Shown: piece by piece, positions 23,596 to 36,839 of the stretch
Layout of the letters: each line of letters starts with the position of its first letter
Position numbering within the stretch: the stretch's first letter is position 1
Assembly (NCBI RefSeq): GCF_004010195.1
Contig: NC_057711.1
Coordinates: forward strand, 74,912,433 to 74,976,432
Direction of reading: 5' to 3'
Length of the DNA stretch: 64,000 nucleotides
Origin: Chiloscyllium plagiosum
Taxonomy: Eukaryota
Made by a program: the position numbers and the translations under genes
Notes under the pieces: model-generated
Told to the model about the DNA's origin: nothing
Database searches by the model: none
The model's input: only the letters and a program-made list of their open reading frames with translations

Positions 23596-24434
23596 TACAA
23601 AATAAAGGTACAATTCCCTTTACTACAGAATAACAAGAATAATCATTACCTTCTACTTGAATTGAACCCGGGTCCCTGGTGCTGTGAGGCAGCAGTGATA
23701 ACCACTGAGTGACCGTGCTACCACAAATGAAAGCAAACGAAGTTTTAGAAATTTATACAACCAAAAAGTGACCACAGAATCTGAAATATCAAGAATTACA
23801 GAGTTAGAAATAAATCTTCAATAATACAAGGGAAAGATCCCAAAGTACTTTTTCATCTACCAACACCAGTAAGCAAAGAAGAAAATTCTGTGGCACTCTA
23901 ACAATACTTAAATCAGACTCAACATGTATGTGGTGCCACTGTTTAAGAAGGGTGTTTAACAAGCCAGGGAACTATAGACCAGTGAGCCTGATGTCGGTGG
24001 TGGACAAGTTGTTGGAAAGAATCCTGAGGGACAGGATGTACATGCATTTGGAAAGGCAAAGACTGATTAGGGATAGTCAACATGATTTTGTGCGTTTTTG
24101 CATACAAAATAAAGGTACAATTCCCTTTACTACAGAATAACAAGAATAATCATTACCTTCTACTTGAATTGAACCCGGGTCCCTGGTGCTGTGAGGCAGC
24201 AGTGATAACCACTGAGTGACCGTGCTACCACAAATGAAAGCAAACAAAGTTTTAGACATTTATACAACCAAAAAGTGACCACAGAATCTGAAATATCAAG
24301 AATTACAGAGTTAGAAATAAATCTTCAATAATACAAGGGAAAGATCCCAAAGTACTTTTTCATCTACCAACACCAGTAAGCAAAGAAGAAAATTCTGTGG
24401 CACTCTAACAATACTTAAATCAGACTCAACATGT
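23596..24434. repeat. 332-bp direct duplication (23596-23927, 24103-24434) around a 175-bp CR1 RT fragment
   Basis: Copies nearly identical; spacer encodes KPGNYRPVSLMSVVDKLLERILRDRMYMHLERQRLIRDSQHDFV. Confidence 0.93.
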
Positions 24435-25542
24435 TATCATAAAAGAGCAACACAGAGGAGCTACAGGAAACAATTATAAATGAATTGTGACTCCATGGCA
24501 CATTTAAAGACATGTTGGACAGTAGTTTCTTGGTAAGGCACCTTTCAAGTAGTTTATTTGCGACATGCTTAGCTTTCAATAGTAATGCTTATGGTAATTA
24601 TATTGGTTAATGTAATATGCTATAGACATAATTAAATAGATTTATTCAGTAATAATCCTGTGCTGAATACTTAAATATGATGTAGGAATGGAGAACTTGA
24701 GTTCATAAGTTGTAACACACATGGGACATGATTCCTAAATCATCTTCTCCTACACAATTCAAACAATGGTTATGCAACTTGGGGATTACATTGAAATTAT
24801 TCTATTCAACTCTACTTCTAAAAACAAGAATATAATTGATCACCTGTGGGATTTAAAGAAACATGGCCTTAATAAAAGAGTACTTGCCAATTCTTTTAGG
24901 GACATTTTGCACAAACATAAATGACACAGAAATCTCATTACCTTGAATTGATGTTATTGTGGTGGAGCTAATATATGTCTCTTTTTCTTCCAGAAAAACA
25001 TTTTTTTCAAATGATATCTCCTATTTATTACCACCCTCTTCCCCGTTAGAAAAGTTTGGCATCATTCTGTACTCAACAATATTTGCTTGCACACATTCAT
25101 GATAATGTTATTCAAAAGTGTTCTTTCAGTTATTGTTTGACATTCAATAGTAATCCACTGAAGTTATACCCCTGAAATGCAATCACATAGCTCTCTAATC
25201 ACATTGATTGCAAATATTTATTTGCCTTTAAAGCAGCCAGTGATGTTTAACTAAAATCATAGGAAATCAACCAACAAGGAATTAAGCTGAAATAAAAGCA
25301 GCAAAGCCAATCCTCATCTTCGAGGCATTGAAGGAAGAAACATTTTAAACTAGTGATCACAAGGTGTCACACAATGCTATCAGTCCCAACTGCAATGTCA
25401 TGCAGTGTGGAATCACTTAGCATAGACAAATCACTACAGGATTATTATAGTGTGATTAGTATTGGTTATATTAGTTAATATAATTATTGTCACTTTTTAT
25501 TATAACTCAATATGGTACTTTTATTTTGTTACATGCTATCCT

Positions 25543-26405
25543 TTAGTGAACAGCAAAGAAGATTACCTCAGAATACAACCAGATCTTGAGCAGATGGGCC
25601 AATGGGCCGACAAGTGGCAGATGGAGTTTAATTTAGATAAATGTGAGGTGCTTCATTTTGTAAATGCAAATCAGGGCAGGACTTATACACTTAATGGTAA
25701 GGTCCTGGGGAATGTTGCTAAACAAAGAGACCTTGGAGTTCAGGTTCATAGTTCCTTGAAAGTGGAAGTCACCAATACATAGAAAATTGAAGAAGGTTTG
25801 CTTGCCTTTATTAGTCAGTGCATTGAGTATAGGAGTTGGGAGGTCATACTGCAGCTATACAGGACATTGTAATACTGTGTGCAGTTCTGGTCTCCCTGCT
25901 AAAGGAAGGATGTTGTGAAACTTGAAAGGATTCAGAAAAGATTTACAAGGATGTCGCCAGAGTTGGAGGGTTTGAGCACAGGGAGAGGCTGAATAGGCTG
26001 GGGCTTTTTTCCCTGGAGCATTGAAGGCTGAGGGGTGACTTATAGACATTCTTAAAATCATGAGGAGCATGGATAGGGTAAATAGACAAAGTCTTTTCCC
26101 TGAGGTGGGAAAGTCCAAAACTAGAAGGCATGGGCTTACGGTGAGAGGGGAAAGACTTAAAAGGTACCTAAGGAGCAACTAGTTCACACAGAGGGTGGTG
26201 CGTGTATGCAACGAGCTGCCAGAGGAAGTGGTGGAGGCTGGTGCAATTACAACATTTAAAAGACATCTGGATGGGTATATCAATAGGAAGAGCTTAGAGA
26301 GATATGGGCCAAATGCTGGAAAATGGGACTAGATTTATTTGGGATACCTGGTTGACATCGATGAGTTTGGACCAAAGGATCTGTTTCCATTCTATATACT
26401 TCTAT
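25543..26405 (+). mobile_element. CR1 LINE 3' portion
   Basis: EDYLRIQPDLEQMGQWADKWQMEFNLDKCEVLHF..RDLGVQVHSSLKV and CR1 3' UTR. Confidence 0.92.
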
Positions 26406-26414
26406 CATGCTAGG

Positions 26415-26830
26415 ACTTCCCCTCTGTCTTACCATGTTCACCTTTTCTCTGCTCCCTTTTCCCCACTCTCCTTGCTATCCTTTCTCCTCCATGCTCCCTG
26501 CCTCTCCTCGTTCACTCATCTCTTGCTCATCATCCACTCTCTTCTCTTTTCTTCCTCCATCTTTTTTCTTTCTCTCTTCCTCTCTCATCCTCCACCAGTA
26601 CTATCCTCCTCCAGCTAGCTTTCCTTCTCCTCCTGCCTGCTGAAAGCTCTCTTATACTTTCCTGAATACCTCTCTCGTCTCCATCTTTCCATTCCACTCT
26701 CTTCCTCTACCTTCCCCCAAATCTCCCTTCCTCTCTCCCCATCCCCTTCACCCCTTTCCTATCCATCCTCTTCACCCTTTTCCTTCCCATACCTTTCCCC
26801 CACCTTCTATACACTTCCTTCTTCCCTGGC
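26415..26830. repeat. Polypyrimidine (CT-rich) low-complexity tract
   Basis: About 400 bp dominated by C and T on the plus strand. Confidence 0.85.
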
Positions 26831-26899
26831 TTAAGTTAAGTGATGACTCAGACTGACCAAAGGGTTGTACTAGTCCAATCAGGTTTAGGACCCTTGGCA

Positions 26900-27095
26900 A
26901 TGGTGAGGCCTCCATTCACTAACAGGTAAGTATATTTGGGAAGTTCAGTGTTTCTGGGCAAAGAATTCCAAATATTATCTTCTGTCTAATAAAAGATGTT
27001 TCTCATCATCTCCCCCTTAAAAGGGAGGGGCCTTATTTTGAGACTGTGCGCTCACATGCTGTATTTCCTGTGAGGGGAAACATCTTCTTAACATC
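26900..27095 (-). mobile_element. CR1 3' fragment
   Basis: GGGCAAAGAATTCCAAA..CCTTATTTTGAGACTGTG..GAGGGGAAACATC (antisense MFPL..HSLKIRP). Confidence 0.55.
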
Positions 27096-27289
27096 TAATT
27101 GTGATACATGACAAATCATTTATTAGGATACAGTTTATTCCAACTTAAGTAACATTTTACAACTTAGTTCTAATGACAAGTGCTCACTCATTATTGCTAT
27201 TACAAACAAAGCACAGATTTAAGTTTAATTTATATTTTGTGTTGTTTGTATTAAGAAGTGGGAGACCTGGTTTTTGTTTCAGTTGCCTG

Positions 27290-27472
27290 GACAGCTGGTT
27301 TGCAATCTATGATGTGGATCCAATTCCCATATCGGCTGAGGTCACTATTAAGATCTCGCCTTCTCAACCTTGCCTGAGGCATGAGGACCCTCAGATTAAA
27401 CACACCACCAGGCATTTCTTTCTAATGAGAGAGCATTCCTGTAGTTCCCTGGGACTGTGGTGACTGTACTTT
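27290..27472 (+). mobile_element. SINE-like short repeat fragment
   Basis: B-box-like GGATCCAATTCCC, then GGCTGAGGT..CCTTCTCAACC..GACCCTCAGATTAAAC..CTGGGACTGTGGTGACT; recognised from memory only. Confidence 0.45.
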
Positions 27473-30400
27473 TAGTAGTGTTTATACTGAAATCTTATCA
27501 ATCTTTTTGTCTTGTGCAATACAAATTCATGTTTTATTTTCCCTTGGTTAATAATGATTTTATTATTTGTGTTAAATGGAAACCTGAACACCGTTGTTCA
27601 TACGGTCAGTAACTGACCTCCATGGTTGAAAATGAAATAAAGTTAGTGTCTATCAAGCCACATTTCACTCAGTGTCCTGACATGTCTAGTATTAACATTA
27701 TAACATAACATAACATTGTAAATTGCCAATATTGCAAATTGCAAATTCAGTGAGCTGTTTGAGTGAGATATTAAATTTTGTATTGTAAAAACATCTTTCT
27801 GAGGTTGCATTGTGATTGCCTTACAACGCAATTAGTGCAACTTTACAGGAGTATTGTAAATATGCTTGGAAATGTTTGTTCTGTGGTCTTAATAATCATG
27901 TATATACTGTCTGTTGTCCTTAAATGAAATCAAGCAAAATAAATGTAAGGCATGAATTCTCAAATATTATTAAGATAAGTGAAATCCTAATGTTTTAGCC
28001 AATTATTCCATAGACTTAATATGGAATCAGCAAGATGCAGCAGATTTGTATGCAGAAGACCATACACTGCAGAATTACTGCCTATTATCATCTCAGCAGT
28101 ACAGGCCAACAATAACACATAGAACTGTGCATTTCATAAGTGGATAGGATTAACTACTAGGTACACAGTACAACATAGGAAATTGCTTTATTCCCAGACT
28201 GCTGAGTCTCCTGGGGAAGCAGCAGTATATCTCAGGCCTATTAACAGCCATCGAAGCATTACCTCCTGTAGGATGGGGTTATTGGCTAACCACCAGGTGA
28301 CCAATTAAATGCTATAATTTAGACCCAAATCAAACAGTGAGGAGTCTGCTTTTGACAGTGGTGTCATGGCAGAAATTGGAAATCTTGTTGAAAATATTAT
28401 TTATTATCTCTCCAGAGAGCACATGTAATTATTGTAGAATAAGACCTTGCATATGTAAAGTCTTGTGCAAAACCCATTTAAGCAAATGGGTGTTCTGTTA
28501 ATTTAGTGACAGACCTGTCTGCTCATTGACAAAGCTGACATCAGCAGTTAAAGAATTGAAAACAATATTTTTGTGTGCTAGCTTCAAATTAAATTGCTTC
28601 TTAAGCCTTAAGAATATGATAACATTCAGAAAATTGACGATTTCCACAATGCAGAGGAGAAACAAAGCTGTACAGGGCAGAAGCTTACACAGAATCTTAC
28701 TGAAAAACATAGTTCTCTGAATCTTTTTTTCAAATTTCAAATTGTACTGATGCTGGCAAGGCTGTAGTTATTGCCCATTTGCAGTTGACATGAGACAAAC
28801 TTGGTCATGGTACTCCCACAAAGGTGTTAATTAGAAACGTCAAGATATTGGCTTGGTAAAACAAAGAAATTGTGATTTTTAACCAAAGCAGGATAATGTA
28901 TGAGTTTGAAGAGAACTTAGAGATGATCTTCCTATCTTTCAATTATAAAAAGGTCATCCAGAGATGATTGGACCCAGCAGAGGTTGTGAGATTAGAAGCG
29001 ATTTCATGATTTAGTGCCGTTAATGCTGAAAAGGAAATTTGAGGCAATGCACCACCAAAACTCAATCCTCAATCAACGTAGATGGAAGCTCTGACAGAAG
29101 AATGCTGTTCATCTCTCTTAGTATAGGAATAACAGACAACTGACTATTCAGTCTATGGTTGGAAAATAGTGCAAGATCTGATAGTTATCAGGTGATGACA
29201 TATTTTGGGGTCATCACTTGATCTCTCTAAGAGTGTATCATGAAGACTGTCACATGCTTTAGGTTACATTTTTGACCAGCAGAATTGTTATCTATTTGGA
29301 ACTGAAACACTATGTAAAAGCAGATCTAAGTGTGTAATCATTTTACTGTTAGATCACCCTTGTCCAGTTGTGGTGGTTGGTACTAAGACAGAACGACTCA
29401 TTTTGTAGAATCCATCGCTGCATTAGGAAGTATTGCTGTTTGTATTGAGTACATAAACATTTCTGTTGATGCAACATGGCTTTTTTGAACAATGGGCAGG
29501 CTGCACAGTCAAGGTTCATCCTCACAAGCTCTTTTGAACTTGCTCATATGCATAGACATTGTGAAGTAATGGCAAGCCAGAATGAAATTATGAGCTATGA
29601 CTTTTAGAAAACCTTCAATCTTATACTTTGAGACAGGCAGCAAAGCAGAGCTGCTCACTTTTTCTTTCCATTAACTGATTTTGTGAATGCTCTTGTCACA
29701 ATATTATTTCAATGAAGCAAAGTAGATTATTGGTAATGGAAGATAGGAATCTAAGAAAAAACCCTTATTGATTTGTGAAAAAAATAAGAATCATAAACTG
29801 GGTAATTATATTTTACAATCTTGCGTATAGAGAGACTTGATTATAAAATACGTTAATGAACCCAAATAGCTGACAGTGAATTATAAAACTATAATCCAAT
29901 AAAGGAGTTCAGGAGACCTATTTCGTGCGAGTTACCCAACCCTTGATTGAAAATAGGATTACTGTCAGCATATTTCTTTGCAACAAACTGAATTTGTCAC
30001 TTAAGCCCATCTACAGTTTATGGATATGAACAAAATAAGTTAGCATGATTTTAAAATTGAATAAAATGAACCTCAATAAAATGTTTCCATGGAAAACAAA
30101 ATAGAACAAAACCAAAGAAAATCATGTTTTTTGTTCCCATTTTTGCTGCATAATTGTTTTTACTCATGCAGTCTTTTAAGTGAATATATTCCTTTGAGAA
30201 TAATTCTTCTCACAGCTGAAGCAGGCAGGTTTGAAGTATTTCTGACAATTCAAATTTGACAATGTCAAAGCACTTTAGAATTGATCTATGTTCAAATCAG
30301 TTGCATCTAAAAAATGGAGCTCATTTTTTGCATAATTTGGTAAATGGTATTAGAAGAAAATTGATTTTATTTGAACAACATCATTCTCTTGCTTAGAATA

Positions 30401-31129
30401 TTAGACACTGACATAAGGACATAACCAGAGGCTATTTCCTAAAGTCAGGCAATTTTGTTGTGGGCATGATGTTGGGGCAATGCCAGAGGTGTGCTTTAAA
30501 AGACACTTGCATGCGTCTGCTGAAGAGGACCACTGTTGTGCCATCTTACCGTAAGTACAAGGATCATGAAACAAGAATTTTACAGTCATATTTGTCTAGT
30601 TTTGCTTAATCACTGTAATGAAACAAAATTACCTCCATTCTCTTGTACAAAGCTAATGAAATTGGTCTTTAGACAAAGTCAGTGGAAAAGATCTTATGAT
30701 GATGTATAAAACAGGACAACCTTCTGAATTAAAAGAAGATATGGGCAGCTCAAGATACAGTGAGTGGTAGATGACAGACGTCAATGCTGGGCCCTCCATT
30801 TTTTTTACAATATGTATTACTAATGTAGATAAAATGACCAAAGGCATATTGTTAAATTTCCTTATTGTATTTCTCTGTTTAATTTCCTCCATTATCATTT
30901 CCACATTGAACCAAACATCTCAGAAATGCATATCTTCACTATTTGATGAGAGTAAAATTAATTTTAATTTAAAAAATCTACATAGTCCTCTTTTCTATAA
31001 ATTGTCAGTGAATTTTGCATAGATGCAAATCATTTTGGTGGAAACAGTCACCTTACCACATTGTGAATAAATTCAAACATATCTGACTGGTGCTCTACAA
31101 CAATTTACAGGTTCCATTGTGACAACAGT

Positions 31130-33095
31130 AACTGAATTGAACTATCATTTAAAATCTGGCTTACAACCAGGAACGATAGAGATAAGATTGCCAGTAGCAG
31201 TGAAGGCAGTTGGAATCTTAAACCTTTATGCTTCTTACCTTTTCTAAGCAACTGCAGGGATGTATAACATCAGTGAATCTACAGTGGAGCGATGCATCAA
31301 ACACATCACTGATGCATTATTCCCTGTGGAAATATGACAGTAAAATATGGAAGTGCTTCATATTCTTTTCACTTTGCAAGATCTTCAACAAACTTCAGGG
31401 GTTTCTGAACATCTGCATGGTCATTTCTCATTATCTAGAATGTGATAGCATTCATGAACTGGAGTGCATCCGTCTCCATCAAGGTGATTAGTGAGCAGTA
31501 GCACAGCATAAGTCATTATGTGTTTCCCAGGTAGAGGTCTTGGTTCCTTTATTTATGTTAATTTGATTTTTATTGATTGGTCCTTTATTTGTGGCTGAAA
31601 ATATCAGCCCAAGCCCTACTCTAGGGCCTAAGAAAATACAGAAATGTGATGCAGTGTTAAATATTTGCAAGCTTCAGATACGATGGTAAGCCAAACCCAG
31701 GGTCATTCTGTGTAAGTGTAAAGTAAGTGTCTTATAGTGCTGCTGTCATTGCAATAGTATGCATATAGTCATCAACTGGCATAGATTATGCTGTCTGCCA
31801 TATGTCACACATAACATACCATCCTGAGCAGAGTGCCAGTGTTGGCATATTGAGTGTGCGTTGATAGCATGAAGAGAGATTTGAATGTGACATTACTCAA
31901 CAACTTCAGCTGATTTATCACAGGTTGCTGCAAAGCAAATTGCACAAGTTCACCAAACACTTATGCTGATCATTCACAGATGGATGTGTGTTAAGCTGTG
32001 TGGGGCTACGGCCACTTGTACGATTAAAAGGGATCAGCATCCAAGTTCCAGATGAGGCTAGTTTCTGCTATTGCAAAACTGATAAAGTACAGTGTTTTTA
32101 GGAGCCTATTAGTGAGGCTTGACATCCATTCAGGAAGGATAGAGGGTTTTATCCTCAATAGTCAGCAAGAGGTATGGGGGCTTATGTAATGCCTCGACTT
32201 CTGCACTATGACTACCAGATACAACAGAAATTGCACAGAGTGAAAATCCTGTGGAGAGTGAAGAGAGTGAGGGCTCTCCACTGAAGACCCTATTTGTGAC
32301 CTGACACCATTTCCTGAAGCAGGACTAATGCCTGAGATGACAATGAGGTGGTTACAGAACTTCTTGCTACACAACCTAGTTACTCATGAGAAGGTCAATC
32401 TCGTGCTGCCAGTGGCTATAAGATGACAATGACATTACATTTCTATTTTTATTTGGTGGCAAAGGTGGATTCCATTCAACATCTGCTAATATACCATTTA
32501 TCACTACATACTGCCGGTAATGGAAGCTACATATGGAATGAAGGGAGGTTCCATTGTTTTGTGTGTAAGGAGATAAAAGCAGTACTTGAGAGCATATGGT
32601 TTTTGTCTGGATAGTGGATTCTCAATGGCTCAAATCTCCATTTACTACAAGCATAGTTTCTGTAAAATCCCCAGTGAACAGAGAGAGGTATTGGAACTGC
32701 AAGGGCTAGTCCTTACTTAATATGAGTTAAAGTGGCAGAATGCATTAACCATCATGTCAGCTAATACCTATCAACCTGGAAGAAGCCACAATATCTTCAT
32801 TCTCAGGCATCATGTCCATTTACCACCTTCATACCTATAAAAAACACGACAGGGTGGTTGCTCTGGAACAAAGCTGCCTGCTGTACATGTGACCCCTCCT
32901 GCCTTCTACCATCGAACCATACAAGGATGATGGGTGTAGGATGAGGGTCAAGAAGGAACATTATTGGGTGTACTGTTAGCATTTTGAAACAACATTTCAA
33001 ATGCTTGGACCACTTAGGGGGAACCATCCAACAAACATCGGAATGTGTCTCCAATTTCATGTAGTCGGCTGCATCCTCCACAGTATCGCCATAAT
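31130..33095 (+). pseudogene. PIF/Harbinger DDE transposase (HARBI1-family) relic in separated segments
   Basis: 31188-31322 LPVAVKAVGILNLYASYLF*ATAGMYNISESTVERCIKHITDALF; about 32461 KGGFHS; about 32850 GWLL; 32951-33093 RRNIIGCTVSILKQHFKCLDHLGGTIQQTSECVSNF/VVGCILHSIAI. Confidence 0.85.
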
Positions 33096-33469
33096 ATGGT
33101 CACAGTCAATGGCACCAGGAATCTAGAGGCTATCTAAGGAATGCCAAGAAGTGAGAGTGAAGAAAGAGGGGGGAAATGAGAAAGGGAGGAGGCAGGATGG
33201 ACACACATGGAATCGTTTGCCTCCCGATTGGCAGTTCAAGAATGCCAGTACCAGCTGGCTCCCACAAGACAACTTCTCTTTTACATCACAACTCCACTAT
33301 TCCTCACATGACCATGCATTTGGGATGTCCATCTTTAGCAACTGTGTGGATCCAATAAAATTCATCGCCATAAGCTTTCCATAACGTCTCTATGCAAAAA
33401 CACATTCATTTTCACAAATGGAATAAAAGTATTTATCCAAGTGCATTCCCTTAATGCCTACCTTCTATA

Positions 33470-34715
33470 AAACCATAAGACCATAAACATAACAGCAGAA
33501 TTAGGCCACTAGGTCTATTTCTCAACCCCATTCTTCTGCCTTCTCCCTGCAACCCTTAATCCTCTTATTAATCAAGAACCTACCCATCTCTGTCTTAAAG
33601 ATAATCAATAACTTGGCTTCCACAACCTTCTCTGATCACAGATTCACCATCCTAAAGGGTTATCCCTTCGCACTGAGGCAGTGGTCTCAAGTCCTTGTCT
33701 CTCTCTCATACATTCTATCCAGGCCACTTGTTATTCTCTTTGTTTCAATGAGATTCCCCTCATCTTTCTAAACTCCAAATCCTTGACTGCTCCATATATG
33801 ACAAGTCCTTTTTTCCTGGGATCATTCTTGTAAATCTCCTCTGCCACCCCCTCTAAGGACAGCAAATCCTTCCTTAGATATGGAGTCCATAACGCTCACA
33901 GTATTCTAAACATAGTCTGACCACAGCCTTATATAATCTGAGCAGTATATCTCTGCTCTTGTATTCTGGCCCTCTCAAAACTAATGCTAACATTGCTTTT
34001 TCCTTCCCAACTGCCAACTGAACCTGCATGGTAACTTCAAGAGAATCCTGAGCTGGGCCTCCTAAGTTCCTTTATACTTCTGAAGAAATTAGTCCACATC
34101 GCTATTCCTTCTACCAAAGTGCATAACATCATAAATTTTGACATTGTATTCCATCTGTCACTTCTTCACTCACACTCCTAGCCTGCCCAGGTCCTTCTGC
34201 AGCCTTCCATCTCCTCAGCAATACTTAACGCTCAACCTATTTTCATGTTATCTACAAACTTAGCAACAATGCCCCCTGTTCTTTTGTCCAGATTACTAAT
34301 ATATAACATGAATAGTTGTGGTCCCAACACTGACCCCTGTGGAACTCCACTCATTACCAGCTACCAACCTGAAAAAATACTCCTTTACCCCTAATCTCTA
34401 CCTTCTGCCAGTCAGCCAATTCTCTATCCATGCCAGTTCCTTGCCCAAAATTACCAGAGCTCTTACCAGTTTAACAGCCTGCTGTTTTATCAGCATCTTA
34501 TTAAAGACCTTCTGTAAATTCAAATAGATCACATCCACTGGCTCTCCTTTGTCTAACTTGCTTCTTACCTCCCTAAAGAAATCTAATAGATTTGTCAGAC
34601 ATGATCTCCCCTTGATGAACCTGTGCTGACTCAGCCTTTTTTTAAAACTATGCAAATTCTTTCTTAATAATGGACTGTAAAATCTTAACAATGACTGAGG
34701 CCAAACTAAGTGATC
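33470..34715 (-). mobile_element. CR1 LINE, 3' 1.2 kb, degraded
   Basis: SQHRFIKGRSCLTNLLDFFREVRSKLDKGEPVDVIYLNLQK..LAWIENWLTGRR; ACCATAAG tail repeats at about 33471. Confidence 0.9.
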
Positions 34716-35610
34716 TCTCTTCTCTACACTGGCTTCTACACTCATAAGTATTCTGTGCTCAGTTGAGGGACCTGGCATTAGCAAGAGAGGTATCCATGAA
34801 ATTCACGCCTTTGCCCTTGCTGCCACAGCCTTTTCCCACTTTCGAACACATGGTATAGTAATCTACCCATCACCATTCACCAATACCTGGGATCTTTCTC
34901 AGTGTAAACACTTCAACTAAACCTAACGCTCCATGCATTTTATTATTGTCAATCTACAGTGAAGTGCCAATACTAGAGGGCTGAAGTAGTCAATGATCTC
35001 TCAACCATTCATGAAGTAGTTGTTCCACTACTACTGCTATGAAGCCAGGTGAGGATCATTATCATTGTCATTATCAATGTCGTATGTTAAACATTAGGCC
35101 CATGTCTTCTTATTTCCAAAAGTCTGAAATAATCAAACTCCAAATGCTGAAGCTGAATCAAATATATCTGTTGTTACTCTCCATATAGCTGGTGGACTGA
35201 TATATATTGTTGCTCAGGACCTAAATCATGTCCTGGATGAATATTTGTTAATCCTGACAAATAATGTGACAATGCACCAACATTATTTGGATTTAATTTG
35301 TTGAAGCACTTGTCATAGCCACTCTATAGTTCCAGCTGATTGTCCAGTCAAAAATTAGCTAAAATATAACTTTGTTTAATTTATTTTTCTGGCATTGGGA
35401 GAATAAGCAGTTTTTAACCCTGGATCTACAGAAACATCAGTCACTGTTATAGGAGTTTGGGAAGGAAGTAGTGCATTGAGAAAACAAATTCAGCCAGACA
35501 AGAGAGAGTGATGGTGGATGGGGTCTGGATTGATCTATTGGACCATCAAACTGAAGATTGTTGATCTCAATGAGAAATCAAGCTGTCTTCTGAAAATACA
35601 CAAACAAGAC

Positions 35611-35922
35611 GGGCAGCACGGTGGCACAGTGGTTAGCATTGCTGCCTCACAGCGCCTGAGACCCGGGTTCAATTCCCGCCTCAGGCGACTGACTGTGTGG
35701 AGTTTGCACATTCTCCCCGTGTCTGTGTGGGTTTCCTCCGGGTGCTCTGGTTTCCTCCCACACTCCAAAGATGTGCAGGTCAGGTGAATTGGACATGCTA
35801 AATTGCCCGTAGTGTTAGGTAAGGGGTAAATGTAGGGGTATGGGTGGGTTGCGCTTCGGCGGGTCGGTGTGGACTTGTTGGGCCGAAGGGCCTGTTTCCA
35901 CACTGTAATGTAATCTAATCTA
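35611..35922 (+). mobile_element. HE1-type V-SINE, young
   Basis: Intact A box (TGGCACAGTGG) and B box (GGTTCAATTCC), V-domain, CR1-like tail, CpGs retained. Confidence 0.95.
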
Positions 35923-36124
35923 AAAAGACTAATCTGATAGGCTCACTACTTAGTCTGTTCCTGTCTCACTGAGTTTATTTCTTCCTATTTTGTACCATTA
36001 TTTCTGCTCTCATCCAGTCCCTCCCTATTTAAGTTGGTTATTCTTCTTTAGTTACATCTTTCAGTGTCCTTGTCATAACCACCTCTTTTTCACTATAGAT
36101 GTCTTATCACTCTTCACCTCCTAC

Positions 36125-36211
36125 TCCTGCTCCTTGGATGCTGCCTGAACTGCTGTGCTTTTCCAGCACCACTCCAGAATCTGGTTTCCAGCATCTGCAG
36201 TCATTGTTTTT
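36125..36211 (+). mobile_element. Family A element lacking the hammerhead, 9-bp TSD
   Basis: TCCTGCTCCTTGGATGCTGCCTGAACTGCTGTGCTTTTCCAGC..; ACCTCCTAC at 36116-36124 and 36212-36220. Confidence 0.8.
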
Positions 36212-36337
36212 ACCTCCTACCCCCAGTAGGATCATCTGAGAGTTTTCCACTTCCTCCTTGAATGGAGGCTCATTTAATGTTTATCCACTTTCATATCTCT
36301 CCACCTAGCTCACTGATTTTTTTTTTCTTTAACTGAA

Positions 36338-36835
36338 GGTGACACAGTGACTCAGTAGGAGAAAGTGAGGACTGCAGATGCTGGAGTACCAGAGTTGAAA
36401 AATGTGGTGCTGGAAAAACACAGCAGGCCAGGCAGCATCCGAGGAGCAGGAGAATCGACGTTTCAGGCATAAGCCCTTCTTCAGGAATGACTCAGTAGTT
36501 AGCACTGCTGCCTCACAGCACCAGGGACCGGGGTTCAGTTCCAGTATTAGGTGACTGCCTGTGTAGAGTTTGCATATTCTCCCTGTGTATGCGTGGGTTT
36601 CCTCCGGGTGCTCGGTTTCCTCCTACAGTCCAAAGATGTACAAATTAGATGAATTGGCCAAGGTAAATTGCTATATTGTTCAGAGATTTGTAGATGAGGT
36701 GCATTAGTCAGGGGTAAATGTAGAGTAATAGGGTAGGAGAATGGGTCTGGGTGGGTTACTCTTCGGAGGATCTGTGTGGGCTTGTTGGGCTGAAAGGCCT
36801 GTTTCCACACTGAAGGGTTTCTATGAATCTATGAA
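36338..36835 (+). mobile_element. HE1-type V-SINE interrupted in its A box
   Basis: GGTGACACAGTGACTCAGTAG [insert] TGACTCAGTAGTTAGCACTGCTGCCTCACAGC.. to the CTATGAAT tail. Confidence 0.88.
36359..36487 (-). mobile_element. Solo family A hammerhead element, 129 bp, 11-bp TSD
   Basis: TSD TGACTCAGTAG at 36348-36358 and 36488-36498; core CTGAAGA-AGGGCTTATGCCT-GAAACGTC. Confidence 0.92.
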
Positions 36836-36839
36836 CTCA

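Noticed and set aside
26304..26643. Hydrophobic or Ser/Pro-rich ORFs
   Set aside because: Translation of a CT-rich low-complexity tract joined to a CR1 3' UTR.
31130..33095. Functional host HARBI1 gene
   Set aside because: Stops, frameshifts and loss of the catalytic Glu.
35611..35690. tRNA genes at HE1 heads
   Set aside because: A and B boxes are followed by the SINE body and tail, so these are SINEs.
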